Source: an uncultured virus (IMG/VR IMGVR_UViG_651053001_000005)
Lineage: Duplodnaviria; Heunggongvirae; Uroviricota; Caudoviricetes
Direction: 5' to 3' (one strand)
IMG/VR virus record: IMGVR_UViG_651053001_000005
Span: 1-64,000 of that record
Length of the DNA stretch: 64,000 bases
Positions 1 through 9,245 of the stretch are shown here, piece after piece. Numbering within the stretch: the first letter of the stretch is position 1; each line of letters begins with the position of its first letter. The notes under the pieces are model-generated. The model made no database searches. It was not told where the DNA came from and was given only the letters and a program-made list of their open reading frames with translations. Made by a program: the position numbers and the translations under genes.

Positions 1-165
1 TTAATGGCTCTTTTCTTTTGCTAATAAATTAGACATTACTTCATTCACTTTTAGATTCACTTTCTTAATTGCATCAGCCGATGGTTGATTCATGCTTTCA
101 ATCGTTATACGATATTTTTCTATTTCAAACGATTGCTTTGACGATGATTTAACGAATTCACTCAT
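1..165 (-). CDS. 54-aa protein (MSEFVKSSSKQSFEIEKYRIT...LLAKEKSH), candidate recombination directionality factor at the sprB/yotN position
   Basis: Hand-translated; ATGA overlap with the upstream RecU-like gene; function inferred from position only. Confidence 0.55.
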   Translation of the reverse strand: MSEFVKSSSKQSFEIEKYRITIESMNQPSADAIKKVNLKVNEVMSNLLAKEKSH

Positions 166-716
166 ACAGCGCTCACACTCTGCTGTTCTTTTTTAATCAA
201 ATCATCGCAAAGCTTGTTCAAGTAATATGTATAGTTAACTTTTTTCTTCATCGAACGGACTTCTGTGCCGATCTCTTCACATATGGAGATCGGGATACTG
301 GATTTGTTTACTTTATTCCTATATGTATGTTTCAATTGTTTTTCAGCTATGTTCTTATATGTAAGGAAATCATTAATATGTACGAAATAAACTTTGTTTT
401 CCGGCTCTCTAAACTGAAATAGAAAACCAGGAATTATGTTTGGATATTGCGCTGCCTCTTTTAAGTGTTTAATCTGTTGTGGCTTGATGATCTTTTCACT
501 GAAGGATACAGACTTGTTCTTTGTTGATTTAAGTTCAAAAGGAAATAAGCATCCTTTAAAGTGCAGGAAGCAATCGTATTTGTTTTTTGATACAGCTGCT
601 CCCCTTTTCAAAAACATTGGGTTAACATCTTTAATTCTATAGAAGAACAGCTTTTGATCTGCAGCTGATTTTTCTATATTTGCTTCAAAAACCTTGCCTT
701 GGTTTGTACCTCCCAA
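162..716 (-). CDS. yotM: RecU-like Holliday junction resolvase (PD-(D/E)xK nuclease)
   Basis: GKVFE..., YD-C-F...FELKST motifs; SPbeta synteny. Confidence 0.8.
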   Translation of the reverse strand: MGGTNQGKVFEANIEKSAADQKLFFYRIKDVNPMFLKRGAAVSKNKYDCFLHFKGCLFPFELKSTKNKSVSFSEKIIKPQQIKHLKEAAQYPNIIPGFLFQFREPENKVYFVHINDFLTYKNIAEKQLKHTYRNKVNKSSIPISICEEIGTEVRSMKKKVNYTYYLNKLCDDLIKKEQQSVSAV

Positions 717-813
717 TCAATCACTCTCCTAAAATATTGAAACCAAAATTGATATTAAAATAAACCTTTGTTACACTGTTTTATGTTAATTAATATTGAA
801 AGAAGTGTACGAA

Positions 814-1053
814 ATGAAGCAATGGACACCCCTACGCCCTCGTTTAAATGAATTAATGTTTGAATATGACCTCACAGTTGATGACCTTTTCAAACGCACA
901 GGATATCCGAGACAACGTATCCACGATTATATAAGTGGAGCCAAAGCAAATATGAATTTAGCTACAGGCATGACTTTTGCTGATGCCATTGGTTGCTCAA
1001 TTGAAGAGCTGTACGAATGGAACCATGAAGCAAGAAGAAAAGTTAAATCTTAA
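814..1053 (+). CDS. yotL: XRE-family HTH regulator
   Basis: HTH pattern, C-terminal CSIEELYEW; paralog of 56664..56885. Confidence 0.8.
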   Translation: MKQWTPLRPRLNELMFEYDLTVDDLFKRTGYPRQRIHDYISGAKANMNLATGMTFADAIGCSIEELYEWNHEARRKVKS

Positions 1054-1228
1054 TTCCTTTTCGAGCCCATCTGATTTCCTGCATCAATTCTTCCTTATTA
1101 TCCGAAAGGTTGATTAGGTTACGGTGGGCTCTTTCGTATTCTTTGTTCTCGAGAGCTTCTTTCACCGTACCCATTTGTCTTTCCATTTTGTTGAACAGTA
1201 TTTGAATTGTTTTATGTTCTTCAGCTAT
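1043..1228 (-). CDS. yotK: 61-aa hypothetical protein with ATA start
   Basis: Open frame (I/M)AEEHKTIQILFNKMERQ...KGIKI after GGAGG; SPbeta synteny. Confidence 0.6.
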   Translation of the reverse strand: MAEEHKTIQILFNKMERQMGTVKEALENKEYERAHRNLINLSDNKEELMQEIRWARKGIKI

Positions 1229-1287
1229 TATCCTCCACCTCTAATCATCTAATTTTATTTTTACTCTAAATAGAAGACCGATTTTAT

Positions 1288-1443
1288 TTAGAATTCTCTG
1301 TTCTTGAAAATGTCACGATAAGTAAGTCCAGAAATCCCACGATCCTTTTTCGTTTGTTCATTGGCTTCTTTCCAATCATTTTCAGTTAAATTGGAAAACT
1401 TATTTTTAGATAGCTTAGGTTTCTTGACTGCTTTAAGTTTAAT
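1288..1443 (-). CDS. 51-aa basic hypothetical protein with ATT start
   Basis: Open frame IKLKAVKKPKLSK...FKNREF filling the gap after AGGGGG. Confidence 0.45.
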   Translation of the reverse strand: MKLKAVKKPKLSKNKFSNLTENDWKEANEQTKKDRGISGLTYRDIFKNREF

Positions 1444-1447
1444 AAAA

Positions 1448-1618
1448 CTAACCCCCTAAAAATTCTTTAATTTTATTTATGTCATCGGTATTCAAACAAA
1501 TCGACACTTTCTTACTGTACTTCTTGTCTTCAATAGTCATTAAAACATGGTCTCTTCCTTTCTCGAAAATAACTTTATCTTCTTTAGGAAAAGTACGACA
1601 TTTAAAAACTTTTTTCAT
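1448..1618 (-). CDS. hypothetical protein (MKKVFKCRTF...)
   Basis: ORF track; ATGA-coupled start at 1618. Confidence 0.6.
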   Translation of the reverse strand: MKKVFKCRTFPKEDKVIFEKGRDHVLMTIEDKKYSKKVSICLNTDDINKIKEFLGG

Positions 1619-1785
1619 TGAAACAATCCTCCCCAAATTACTCCAGCAGCAACTGCTACAATAATCATTGAAATAAACTTAGCTATTCCAACCCATACCA
1701 TCAACTTCATATTGCCTTCTGAATCCCAATCACCTAACACAACTAGACCAAATGCAATTAACAAAACCCAAGCTGTTACAATCAT
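1615..1785 (-). CDS. 56-aa two-TM membrane protein (YotH-like)
   Basis: Hand-translated MIVTAWVLLIAFGLVV...VIWGGLFQ; abuts the upstream stop codon. Confidence 0.65.
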   Translation of the reverse strand: MIVTAWVLLIAFGLVVLGDWDSEGNMKLMVWVGIAKFISMIIVAVAAGVIWGGLFQ

Positions 1786-2334
1786 CTACTTAGAACCTCT
1801 TTCGACTGTGTAACCACTAGTAATGTCATTTAAGATCGTGCTGCTTGGGGACAGCTTTTCACTCTCAATATCTTTATTTTTAGTGTAATTAATGAAATCC
1901 TCGAACTGGATCAAATACACTCCGTAAGCTGTGTTATTCAATCTTTCAATGGTATCTTCACTAGGTTTAGAAAACCAGCTGTCAGTACCTTGGCCATACA
2001 CTTCAAAAATCTGAATTATCTCGTCCTTATACTCAAAGTAAGCCAGTTTATTTTCAAGTTCACATTCCTCATCAACTGGATTTCCTACATGATTTGTCGC
2101 ATATTCCATCATTGAAGTAAGCATGTAGCCTAATTCAATGTCCGAGAAACTTAACTGTGGTTTAGGTGTTCCATAATAAATATCTGCTTCATTTAGTGAT
2201 CCTCTTTGGTTCACTTCTTTAATGATCTCTTCGATAGCTGTGTAGCCTTCATGAATGATGAATTCCCTACGTTCCTCATCTCTTCGTTTATACTCCTCTA
2301 ATAAACTTGTTACCTTAAACTCTGTATTCTTCAT
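1786..2334 (-). CDS. acidic hypothetical protein
   Basis: ORF track, GGAGG RBS. Confidence 0.7.
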   Translation of the reverse strand: MKNTEFKVTSLLEEYKRRDEERREFIIHEGYTAIEEIIKEVNQRGSLNEADIYYGTPKPQLSFSDIELGYMLTSMMEYATNHVGNPVDEECELENKLAYFEYKDEIIQIFEVYGQGTDSWFSKPSEDTIERLNNTAYGVYLIQFEDFINYTKNKDIESEKLSPSSTILNDITSGYTVERGSK

Positions 2335-2728
2335 CTAATTCCTCCTTGTATGAACCGATTATTTCTGGTATCCGTTGAAAGAAAGTAATAATGCAATCCC
2401 TAGCATCATGTGGGTATTCGCAATCAATTTCGGCACCTGATATGTAAATATCATATTGGATGCTGCATATCAGGTGAGGATTATAGGGTAGCTCGTATTG
2501 TAAATACCTCTTCAAATTAGGTAACTGCTCATTGACAAACTTCAAGAATTTCTTTTCATACTCTGGAACCTGTTCATATAATTTTTTTACATGTTCTTCA
2601 ATTGTGTCGGCTTGCACTTTGTAGAGATTCTCGAACAGTGCTTTGTTGATATCCATAAGTTCACTTAAAGCCTTGACAGCTTTCTCATCTCCGCTAAGGG
2701 TAACTCCCCACCATTTATCCAAATGCAC
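2315..2728 (-). CDS. hypothetical protein
   Basis: ORF track, RBS. Confidence 0.7.
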   Translation of the reverse strand: MHLDKWWGVTLSGDEKAVKALSELMDINKALFENLYKVQADTIEEHVKKLYEQVPEYEKKFLKFVNEQLPNLKRYLQYELPYNPHLICSIQYDIYISGAEIDCEYPHDARDCIITFFQRIPEIIGSYKEELDEEYRV

Positions 2729-2759
2729 TTAATCATCCTTTCTATATAGAATCAACATT

Positions 2760-3014
2760 TTATTCATTCTCCGAAAATTGCCTATTAAAAAGTTCAATCG
2801 CTCTATCATAGGTTGCTAATTGTGCGATGTGTTTGTCAATATTAGTGCCATTTCCCTGTAATCCATCCGAGATATATAATTGCTGATTGTTTTTTAACTT
2901 TGATTCTAAATTATCTAACATGTTACGAATACTTGAAATTTGATTTTCTAATCGCAGTTTAGCCTGTTCTCTTTCTGATTCAAGTATAATTAAGTTTCTA
3001 TTTTCTTTTGTCAT
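2760..3014 (-). CDS. coiled-coil hypothetical protein
   Basis: ORF track, AAGGAG RBS. Confidence 0.7.
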   Translation of the reverse strand: MTKENRNLIILESEREQAKLRLENQISSIRNMLDNLESKLKNNQQLYISDGLQGNGTNIDKHIAQLATYDRAIELFNRQFSENE

Positions 3015-3054
3015 ATTATATTATTCTCCTTCAGTATAAAATTAGAATTTCATT

Positions 3055-3885
3055 TCATTTGATTTCAAATGTCTTCAGTTCAAACGTTTTATACGTATCA
3101 ACTTGCTTACCTGGTATCTCATTTACTCTAGGATACATATCATAGTCATATGGATATCCAATGCAGTTCATGTGAAAGCTCGTTCCTTCTTTATAAAACT
3201 CAGCTTGTAAATGATCGTGTCCACAAACCCAATGTTCAGCATTAATAAATGGCAAATCGACCATATAGCAGCTGTTAGGCTCAAACGGAGAATAAGGATT
3301 GTGAACAGGTGGGACATGAGATACAAATACATCAATATCAGAGTTTTCAAGAGTGTCATACCAGTCCATTGATTCTTTCCACATTGCTCGTACCCCATCT
3401 TCTTTGCTGTATCCATTAAGGCTGATATAGTTTGAATCATTAGAGACACCTTTGAAGAAATCCCATCCTTCATTTCCTTTTGGAAGATACCACATAACAT
3501 CTCCTGCAAAGACTTTCCCTTTGTATGTATCCGTAGACTTTATTAATGGAGTGACATTATTGATGTCTGTAGCCTTCTGAATTAAATCATTCACCCTTCC
3601 CAGTGAATCGGAATATTTTCGTTGCTGATTTTTACTGAGTAAATAAAGATCATGATTACCATATGTGAAGTAAACCTTTTCATACTGCTTTGCTACTTCA
3701 TCAAGTACCCACAGTGTCTGTTGATTCCACTCAGTAAAGTCACCGGCAATGATTAATACCTCACCATTTCCATTCGATATTAACCTTCTAACAATCTCCC
3801 TTGTTCGCTTTTCCCACTTGATTTGGTTATTGTTCCAAGGGATCCAGTGATTAATATGCAGATCTGAAACATAATCAATTTTCAT
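3055..3885 (-). CDS. yotB: calcineurin-like metallophosphoesterase
   Basis: SDLH, AGD, GNHD, SHVPP, GHDH motifs. Confidence 0.9.
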   Translation of the reverse strand: MKIDYVSDLHINHWIPWNNNQIKWEKRTREIVRRLISNGNGEVLIIAGDFTEWNQQTLWVLDEVAKQYEKVYFTYGNHDLYLLSKNQQRKYSDSLGRVNDLIQKATDINNVTPLIKSTDTYKGKVFAGDVMWYLPKGNEGWDFFKGVSNDSNYISLNGYSKEDGVRAMWKESMDWYDTLENSDIDVFVSHVPPVHNPYSPFEPNSCYMVDLPFINAEHWVCGHDHLQAEFYKEGTSFHMNCIGYPYDYDMYPRVNEIPGKQVDTYKTFELKTFEIK

Positions 3886-3919
3886 TTTATCCCCCTTCTT
3901 TGTTTAAGTACGTGTTAAC

Positions 3920-3943
3920 TCATGCTCCATGACCAATTGACAT
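3920..3943 (-). CDS. 7-codon mini-ORF MSIGHGA, arbitrium-like peptide
   Basis: GAGGTGA-tttaa-ATG TCA ATT GGT CAT GGA GCA TGA in the yotB/sspC intergenic region. Confidence 0.7.
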   Translation of the reverse strand: MSIGHGA

Positions 3944-3971
3944 TTAAATCACCTCACTTCAAATTTAATGT

Positions 3972-4000
3972 GTATATTTTCAAAACATCTCCACACAATA
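3972..4000 (+). promoter_or_regulatory. sigma-G-like promoter of sspC
   Basis: GTATA-N17-CACAATA upstream of a SASP gene. Confidence 0.45.
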
Positions 4001-4044
4001 CAATTGTACAAACTTGTTTACATACTACTTTAGGAGATGATCAT

Positions 4045-4257
4045 ATGGCTAAACAAAACAGATCAAACAACAGCAATGAATTACTTGTGCCTCAAGCTGC
4101 TGGTGCTCTTGAACAAATGAAGTATGAAATTGCTTCTGAGTTCGGTGTGAACTTAGGGCCTGAGACAACAAGTAGAGCAAACGGATCAGTAGGTGGAGAG
4201 ATCACAAAACGTTTAGTACGTTTAGCTCAACAAAGTATGAATGGCCAATTTCATTAA
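4045..4257 (+). CDS. sspC: alpha/beta-type small acid-soluble spore protein
   Basis: [13 protein letters not shown] and [16 protein letters not shown] signatures; AGGAG RBS. Confidence 0.97.
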   Translation: MAKQNRSNNSNELLVPQAAGALEQMKYEIASEFGVNLGPETTSRANGSVGGEITKRLVRLAQQSMNGQFH

Positions 4258-4263
4258 TGTATG

Positions 4264-4286
4264 AGGGGTTAATCCCCTCTATTTTT
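4264..4286. terminator. intrinsic terminator between convergent genes
   Basis: GAGGGG-ttaat-CCCCTC hairpin plus T tract. Confidence 0.7.
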
Positions 4287-4590
4287 ATACTCCTTTCCCA
4301 AACCCGAACACCCAGATCATCTCTTCTCTCAACCATTTATAAATTTTTTCTCTGACCTCTGTGTCATGCCATCCCCACTCTTCTGCTAACAAATGAATAT
4401 CTTTCGGCAGGTGTTTATGTATTTGAACAATAGATGCTGGGTCTGGTTTTTTGCCATAATAATCATAATAACAATCGAAAATCTGGTCGTACGCATCTTC
4501 GTCTATCCATAAATAATGACAAACAGCACATCCTGAAATTCCCTTTGGACAAGGTGTTTTAATCCTATACCTGCCATTGATTTTCTCCAT
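4285..4590 (-). CDS. hypothetical protein with CPxG..C..CH motif
   Basis: ORF track. Confidence 0.7.
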   Translation of the reverse strand: MEKINGRYRIKTPCPKGISGCAVCHYLWIDEDAYDQIFDCYYDYYGKKPDPASIVQIHKHLPKDIHLLAEEWGWHDTEVREKIYKWLREEMIWVFGFGKGV

Positions 4591-4755
4591 AGCTCACTAT
4601 CCTTCTCTTTAAAATACAGATTTTATATTAATTTAAAAGTGATCGTTTTCTTTTATCACTGCCTTTCACTCTTGTTTTTTCAAACATTCCGTCGTAAGTC
4701 CAATCATATCCGCTATACTTTTTAAACACCGTCGTCTTCAGGCGGCTATGATACG

Positions 4756-5686
4756 TCACTCACCGCCCGCCTCTTCGCGTGAGTCGTCGATGATTTTATA
4801 GCCGTATTTACGCGCATCTTTCAAGTATATTGCTGCACCGCCGGAAAAAGGCGGCCAACTGTCGTCTTCAATAACTAGTGCTTTGTGAACCCCGCTATCA
4901 TCCGATATAAAATCGCCCACACGAACCTCAGTCGGCTGCGGAGCGTTCAAGTATTCGTCAGGCACCGCCAAGCCTAGCGCACGTCTTAGCGCGATTGCTT
5001 TACCAATGTGAACGTTGAAACAGTCGGATGGTGCGGCTTTGGCGATTCCTTTCGACTTCACTGTGCCCCTTCCTACCGATTTAAGGAGAGCGACAACAGT
5101 ACTTTTCTTTTTATTAATAACGAACTCTACGTTACAGACAATGCTTCGGTAAAAATATCGTAATTCTCCATAGAATGTCCCAATATGATCCGCCAATAAC
5201 GATATCTCCAAAACGAGATTTATAACCGAAATATTTATCGTCCTTCTTTTCAAATACCGTATTCGCATTATTGATTACCGTTTGATTTACGTTTTCCATT
5301 CCTATCTCCTCCTCGTTTTTAACTTCGCTATTGACGATAACTTCGTATTCCCTTGCTATTACAAAATTAGAGTGTTCTTTCACGGTAATCGTACCGTAGA
5401 TGTCTACTACTCTTCGTACCGTGCAGATATCGCCAGTCTTATAGTCGCCTGATGACGATAGTCCTTCTGTGATTAACACTCGCTCGTCGGTTTTGGGGCG
5501 ACGATTTTCAGTGATGATAAGCTCAGCATCCTCTTTTCGAATATACAACGCCCTATCCGGACTATCGACCTTATACGCGTTCTCCCACGTTCCTAACGAT
5601 GGGAAAATTCGACCTATCTTATCTGCATACCATAACGATCTATAGGACGCCTTCTTAATCCTCACATACTCTTTCGTTTCAACCAT
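4756..5686 (-). pseudogene. frameshifted phage gene (ORFs 5132..5734 and 4756..5268 overlap in different frames)
   Basis: The coding-like frame switches near 5140-5200; C-terminal part has the GIAKAAPSDCFNVHIGKAIALRRALG motif. Confidence 0.55.
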
Positions 5687-6056
5687 TACGCAACCACCTC
5701 TCAGCCGTCTTAATCGCGATTTCTGCGTGCTCAATCGTCAATGGTACCGTGTTTTCGTCGGTCATAAATAGTGCGTTACCGACCTTTCCACGCTCTTTGT
5801 ACCACATCATTACGATATAGCCTCCGTAATCGTTGTAAGTATCCGACGCATAATTATCACTTAAAGGTACGTATCCTATTGATCCGCAAGAATCATCATC
5901 ACGGTCAGAATGTCCGAGTTCCTCCGATAATCTGCGCAGTTTACCCATCGTTGCGCACGCCCAGTTATCCGGCGAAAACACGCCATTTTCAAATGCACAT
6001 ATCGGATCGGAGCCTTCCCACGTTTTTCCGCGTTCCTCACATAAACGACATACCAT
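5679..6056 (-). CDS. Cys-rich hypothetical phage protein (MVCRLCEERG...)
   Basis: ORF track; GGGAGG RBS before ATG at 6056. Confidence 0.7.
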   Translation of the reverse strand: MVCRLCEERGKTWEGSDPICAFENGVFSPDNWACATMGKLRRLSEELGHSDRDDDSCGSIGYVPLSDNYASDTYNDYGGYIVMMWYKERGKVGNALFMTDENTVPLTIEHAEIAIKTAERWLRNG

Positions 6057-6089
6057 TACGCAATCCCTCCCGAAATTTTTATAAAAAAT

Positions 6090-6120
6090 CGAACACACAT
6101 TCGTATTTATGTGGTACAAT
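6090..6120 (+). promoter_or_regulatory. LexA-box-like site plus extended -10 promoter
   Basis: CGAAC-ACAC-ATTCG (one mismatch to CGAAC-N4-GTTCG) followed by TGgTACAAT. Confidence 0.5.
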
Positions 6121-6151
6121 ATACCTGAGTTACCGAAAGGAGGTTCGATTC

Positions 6152-6247
6152 ATGAAAATATCAACCGAAGATAAAGTAGTTATCGCTCTTACAGCGGCAT
6201 TTGTTTTCGCATTCAGAAAGCCTATTTTCGCTCTTCTTGGACGCTAA
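6152..6247 (+). CDS. 31-aa hydrophobic peptide MKISTEDKVVIALTAAFVFAFRKPIFALLGR
   Basis: AAGGAGG RBS, own promoter, downstream hairpin TGGACGC...GCGTCCA. Confidence 0.7.
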   Translation: MKISTEDKVVIALTAAFVFAFRKPIFALLGR

Positions 6248-6273
6248 TTCTTGGCGTCCAGCCGCCGGGCGCA

Positions 6274-6645
6274 CTAGAACCACGCATCATCCTCGCCGCT
6301 CTTCTCATCTCCTCCACTTTCAATTAAATTAATTTGATTCTCAATTTCCTCAATAAATCTCTCTAAAGCTTCTTCATCAACCAATACTTGTCCATGATGG
6401 ACTTTGATGATTTCTTTCATTCGGTCATCCATATTTCTAAATTCTTCTGCTTGTTGCACAGTAAACATTACTCTGTATTTCTTTATGTATAAAAGAAAAT
6501 CTTTAAGTACTCCGATCTCCCCAATTTTGTGGAGATTGGAATCTTCTTGTTCCACTTCTAGCCGGAGTAAAGATGCTTCCTTTTCTAAAACATCAATTTC
6601 AAGCTGTTTTTTCTTTGACAACAATTCTCGCTCTTTTTGTTGCAA
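6274..6645 (-). CDS. hypothetical protein
   Basis: ORF track, AAGGAGGTGA RBS. Confidence 0.75.
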   Translation of the reverse strand: MQQKERELLSKKKQLEIDVLEKEASLLRLEVEQEDSNLHKIGEIGVLKDFLLYIKKYRVMFTVQQAEEFRNMDDRMKEIIKVHHGQVLVDEEALERFIEEIENQINLIESGGDEKSGEDDAWF

Positions 6646-6704
6646 TCAATCACCTCCTTATAAGGATTCAATATGTATTCACAGTATGAATGTGGATTAT
6701 GTCT

Positions 6705-7091
6705 TTAAACCGATTCATACTTTAAATGCTTGTTTTTCTTTTTGCTAATTCTATACTCTGCAATTTTCAGTGATTCAAGAGTCCATCCATTATTGTTTAA
6801 GCTTCCGAAAAGTGTGTTCAATAATTGGAGCTCTTGTTTTAAGCTTCTTCGCTTTCTCAATATCTTTTGACCTTTTAACGAAAGATGATATCCCTCTGAA
6901 GCATTAAATTTTGCCTCTTCTAACTTGTGATAAAATTCATTGAGCTCTTTATCAACTTTCCCCAGCTCTTTATCAACTTTCCCCAGCTCTTTATAAAGGT
7001 TATCAATTTCATTTTGAAGTCGTTGTTTAGTCTCCTCAATTGCAACAAGAGGTTTGGAAATGGAAACAAGATAATCTTTTGCAGTTTTCAT
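6705..7091 (-). CDS. coiled-coil hypothetical protein
   Basis: ORF track. Confidence 0.75.
   Translation of the reverse strand: MKTAKDYLVSISKPLVAIEETKQRLQNEIDNLYKELGKVDKELGKVDKELNEFYHKLEEAKFNASEGYHLSLKGQKILRKRRSLKQELQLLNTLFGSLNNNGWTLESLKIAEYRISKKKNKHLKYESV
6943..6994. repeat. 21-bp in-frame tandem repeat, about 2.5 copies
   Basis: AGCTCTTTATCAACTTTCCCC x2 plus a partial copy; encodes LGKVDKE twice. Confidence 0.9.
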
Positions 7092-7136
7092 ATCGTCACT
7101 CCTATATATTATTTTATTTTTATTCTTAAAGTATGT

Positions 7137-7166
7137 AAAAAAAAGACAAGCTTTTAACTTGTCTTT
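7137..7166 (-). terminator. intrinsic terminator after dfr
   Basis: AAAGACAAG-ttaaaag-CTTGTCTTT followed by a T tract. Confidence 0.75.
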
Positions 7167-7220
7167 ATCTTATCATTCAACTTCTCAAAAGTCTATAACT
7201 ATTTTATTTTTATCCTTAAA

Positions 7221-7727
7221 TTATTTTGAGTAAGTCACAAATGAATAATTAAATGTGGTATTGTTGTCTACTTTTTTGTGATCCTTTTCAATTACTCTCC
7301 AATCGTCATTTAACCTGGGAAAATATGAATCTGCCTTCTCAGCAACTGAATCAACAATCGTCAAATAAACCTTATCAGCATGTGGTAAGAATGCCTCGTA
7401 TATAGCGCCTCCTCCAATTACCATTACTTCTTCATTTGTATCCAGTTGACCACGTATAAGCTTCAACACATCGTCAACCGAATGATAAACGAATGAAGAG
7501 TGATCAGGCTTGAAATCCTTATTTTTAGTCAGTATGATATTCCTTCGGTTCTGAAGTGGTTTTCCTGTAATGTTTACGATTGATTCGTATGTAAGCCTTC
7601 CCTGTATACACAGCTTTCCTGTAGTGAGTTCTTTAAAACGTTTCATGTCTTCAGGAATATTGTACAGCAAATTATTCTCATACCCGATGGCCATTGATTT
7701 GTCGCAGCAAGCAATAAGAGATAGCAT
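7221..7727 (-). CDS. dfrA: dihydrofolate reductase
   Basis: IG-x-EN-x-L...EDMKRFK, GRLTYES, PL..RRNI, VIGGG motifs. Confidence 0.95.
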   Translation of the reverse strand: MLSLIACCDKSMAIGYENNLLYNIPEDMKRFKELTTGKLCIQGRLTYESIVNITGKPLQNRRNIILTKNKDFKPDHSSFVYHSVDDVLKLIRGQLDTNEEVMVIGGGAIYEAFLPHADKVYLTIVDSVAEKADSYFPRLNDDWRVIEKDHKKVDNNTTFNYSFVTYSK

Positions 7728-8566
7728 TATACTGCTACCTCAAAGTAAAGCTTGTCTCCATGTTTATAATTAATCAATTTGAAATCATCAATTGTGAAAT
7801 CATAAAAGTCTTTTACGTTTGGATTGATCCATAGTTCAGGTGCTTCATATTGCTCTCTGTCCATTTGAATTTTTAAATTGTCTATATGACGAGTGTACAC
7901 GTGACAGTCTCCAATATTGAAGATATACTCACCTAGCTCATATCCAGTAACTTGAGCAATCATACGCTGCAATACATTGTACTGGAATACATTAAACGGA
8001 TTCCCGAGCGCGAGATCATTACTGCGACAGAAAACTTCTAAATGCAACTTCCCGCCTTTTACAAGCCATTGAGTGCCATAAACACAGGGCGTCAATGCCA
8101 TAGAGTCTAATTCATCAGGATTCCAAAGCGTTGTAATATGTCTGCGTGATGATGGATTATTTTTCAACTGATGAATAAGATAGTCAACCTGGTCAACTTT
8201 CTCACCGTTTAGCATTCTGTTCTTCTTACCAAGCTGATATCCATATGCTTTGCCGATCGTACCGTCTTCTTGTTTCCATTGATCCCAAATATGTACGCCC
8301 ATCTTGTTTAACTCATTAACATCATTTGATTTACATTGCCATATCCAAAGCAGTTCCTTGATTGCCGTTTTCCAGGCGACTTTTTTAGTCGTTAAAATTG
8401 GTATTTCGGAATTATCAAACCGCATTTGTTTACTGATTACACTTAGTGTATGTGCTGGTGTTCCATCTGTATCCCACTTGGTTCTGACATCGAATTCTTC
8501 GTCTGATGCCCCATTATTAATAATGTCATTTATGATTGTGTTGTACTGCATATCAAATTGACTCAT
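7727..8566 (-). CDS. thyA: thymidylate synthase (thyP3-like)
   Basis: SRR, MALTPC, RSND, PFN, HVY motifs; 279 aa. Confidence 0.97.
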   Translation of the reverse strand: MSQFDMQYNTIINDIINNGASDEEFDVRTKWDTDGTPAHTLSVISKQMRFDNSEIPILTTKKVAWKTAIKELLWIWQCKSNDVNELNKMGVHIWDQWKQEDGTIGKAYGYQLGKKNRMLNGEKVDQVDYLIHQLKNNPSSRRHITTLWNPDELDSMALTPCVYGTQWLVKGGKLHLEVFCRSNDLALGNPFNVFQYNVLQRMIAQVTGYELGEYIFNIGDCHVYTRHIDNLKIQMDREQYEAPELWINPNVKDFYDFTIDDFKLINYKHGDKLYFEVAV

Positions 8567-8627
8567 AATTTCCTTCCTTTCAATTCCATCGTTTGGTAAA
8601 ATATTCTTGCCTACATAATGGAAAGAG

Positions 8628-9245
8628 GTGATCTTTTTGTCTATTTACAAATACAAGCCAGCAGTGGTTAAAGAAGTACTGGACTGTAAAACTGAAAGAT
8701 TAACAGACTCAATTGAAGCAAGATATTGTTTATCAATAAAGCTTAACAATAATTTAGATTCTTCATATGTGTTTATTATGTTAAATCCAAGTATTGCTGA
8801 CAAAGAAGTATCCGACCTCACTATAACTAAGTTGTGTAATTTTAGCCACTCATTAAATGAAGTTGGATCCATTCATATTGTCAATCTCTATCCTTTTTAC
8901 GAAACAAATTCAGCGGAATTATCCTCAATAATTCATAAGCTTCAAAAAGAGAACAGGAGCCTGTATGAAGCTACCGTTAAGACTAATCATCAAATTATAG
9001 CCAATTTAGCCAAAGAATCTAAAAAGGTAATCTTTGCTTGGGGTGATTGTCCAAAACGATTCGATAAACGAAGTTTTAATAAACAATGCCAAAATGTTAA
9101 ACAGCTCCTAAAAGGAATAAATAAAGACGAGGCATTTGTTATCAAAACCCATTACAACAGGCTTCTCACAGTTAAGAATTCGCCAAGACATCCCTCTAGA
9201 CCTGGACTTAAATGGCTCGAACCGTTTCATGAATTAGACGCTTAA
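8628..9245 (+). CDS. DUF1643-family protein
   Basis: FIMLNPS.AD..D.T, VNLY, AWG, PRHP motifs. Confidence 0.8.
   Translation: MIFLSIYKYKPAVVKEVLDCKTERLTDSIEARYCLSIKLNNNLDSSYVFIMLNPSIADKEVSDLTITKLCNFSHSLNEVGSIHIVNLYPFYETNSAELSSIIHKLQKENRSLYEATVKTNHQIIANLAKESKKVIFAWGDCPKRFDKRSFNKQCQNVKQLLKGINKDEAFVIKTHYNRLLTVKNSPRHPSRPGLKWLEPFHELDA

Noticed and set aside
3922..4044. N-terminal extension of sspC in the ORF track
   Set aside because: True start is ATG 4045 after AGGAG; SASP homology begins there.
5771..6151. 158-aa plus-strand ORF 5771..6247
   Set aside because: Only the last 31 codons have an SD and promoter; the rest is antisense to 5679..6056.
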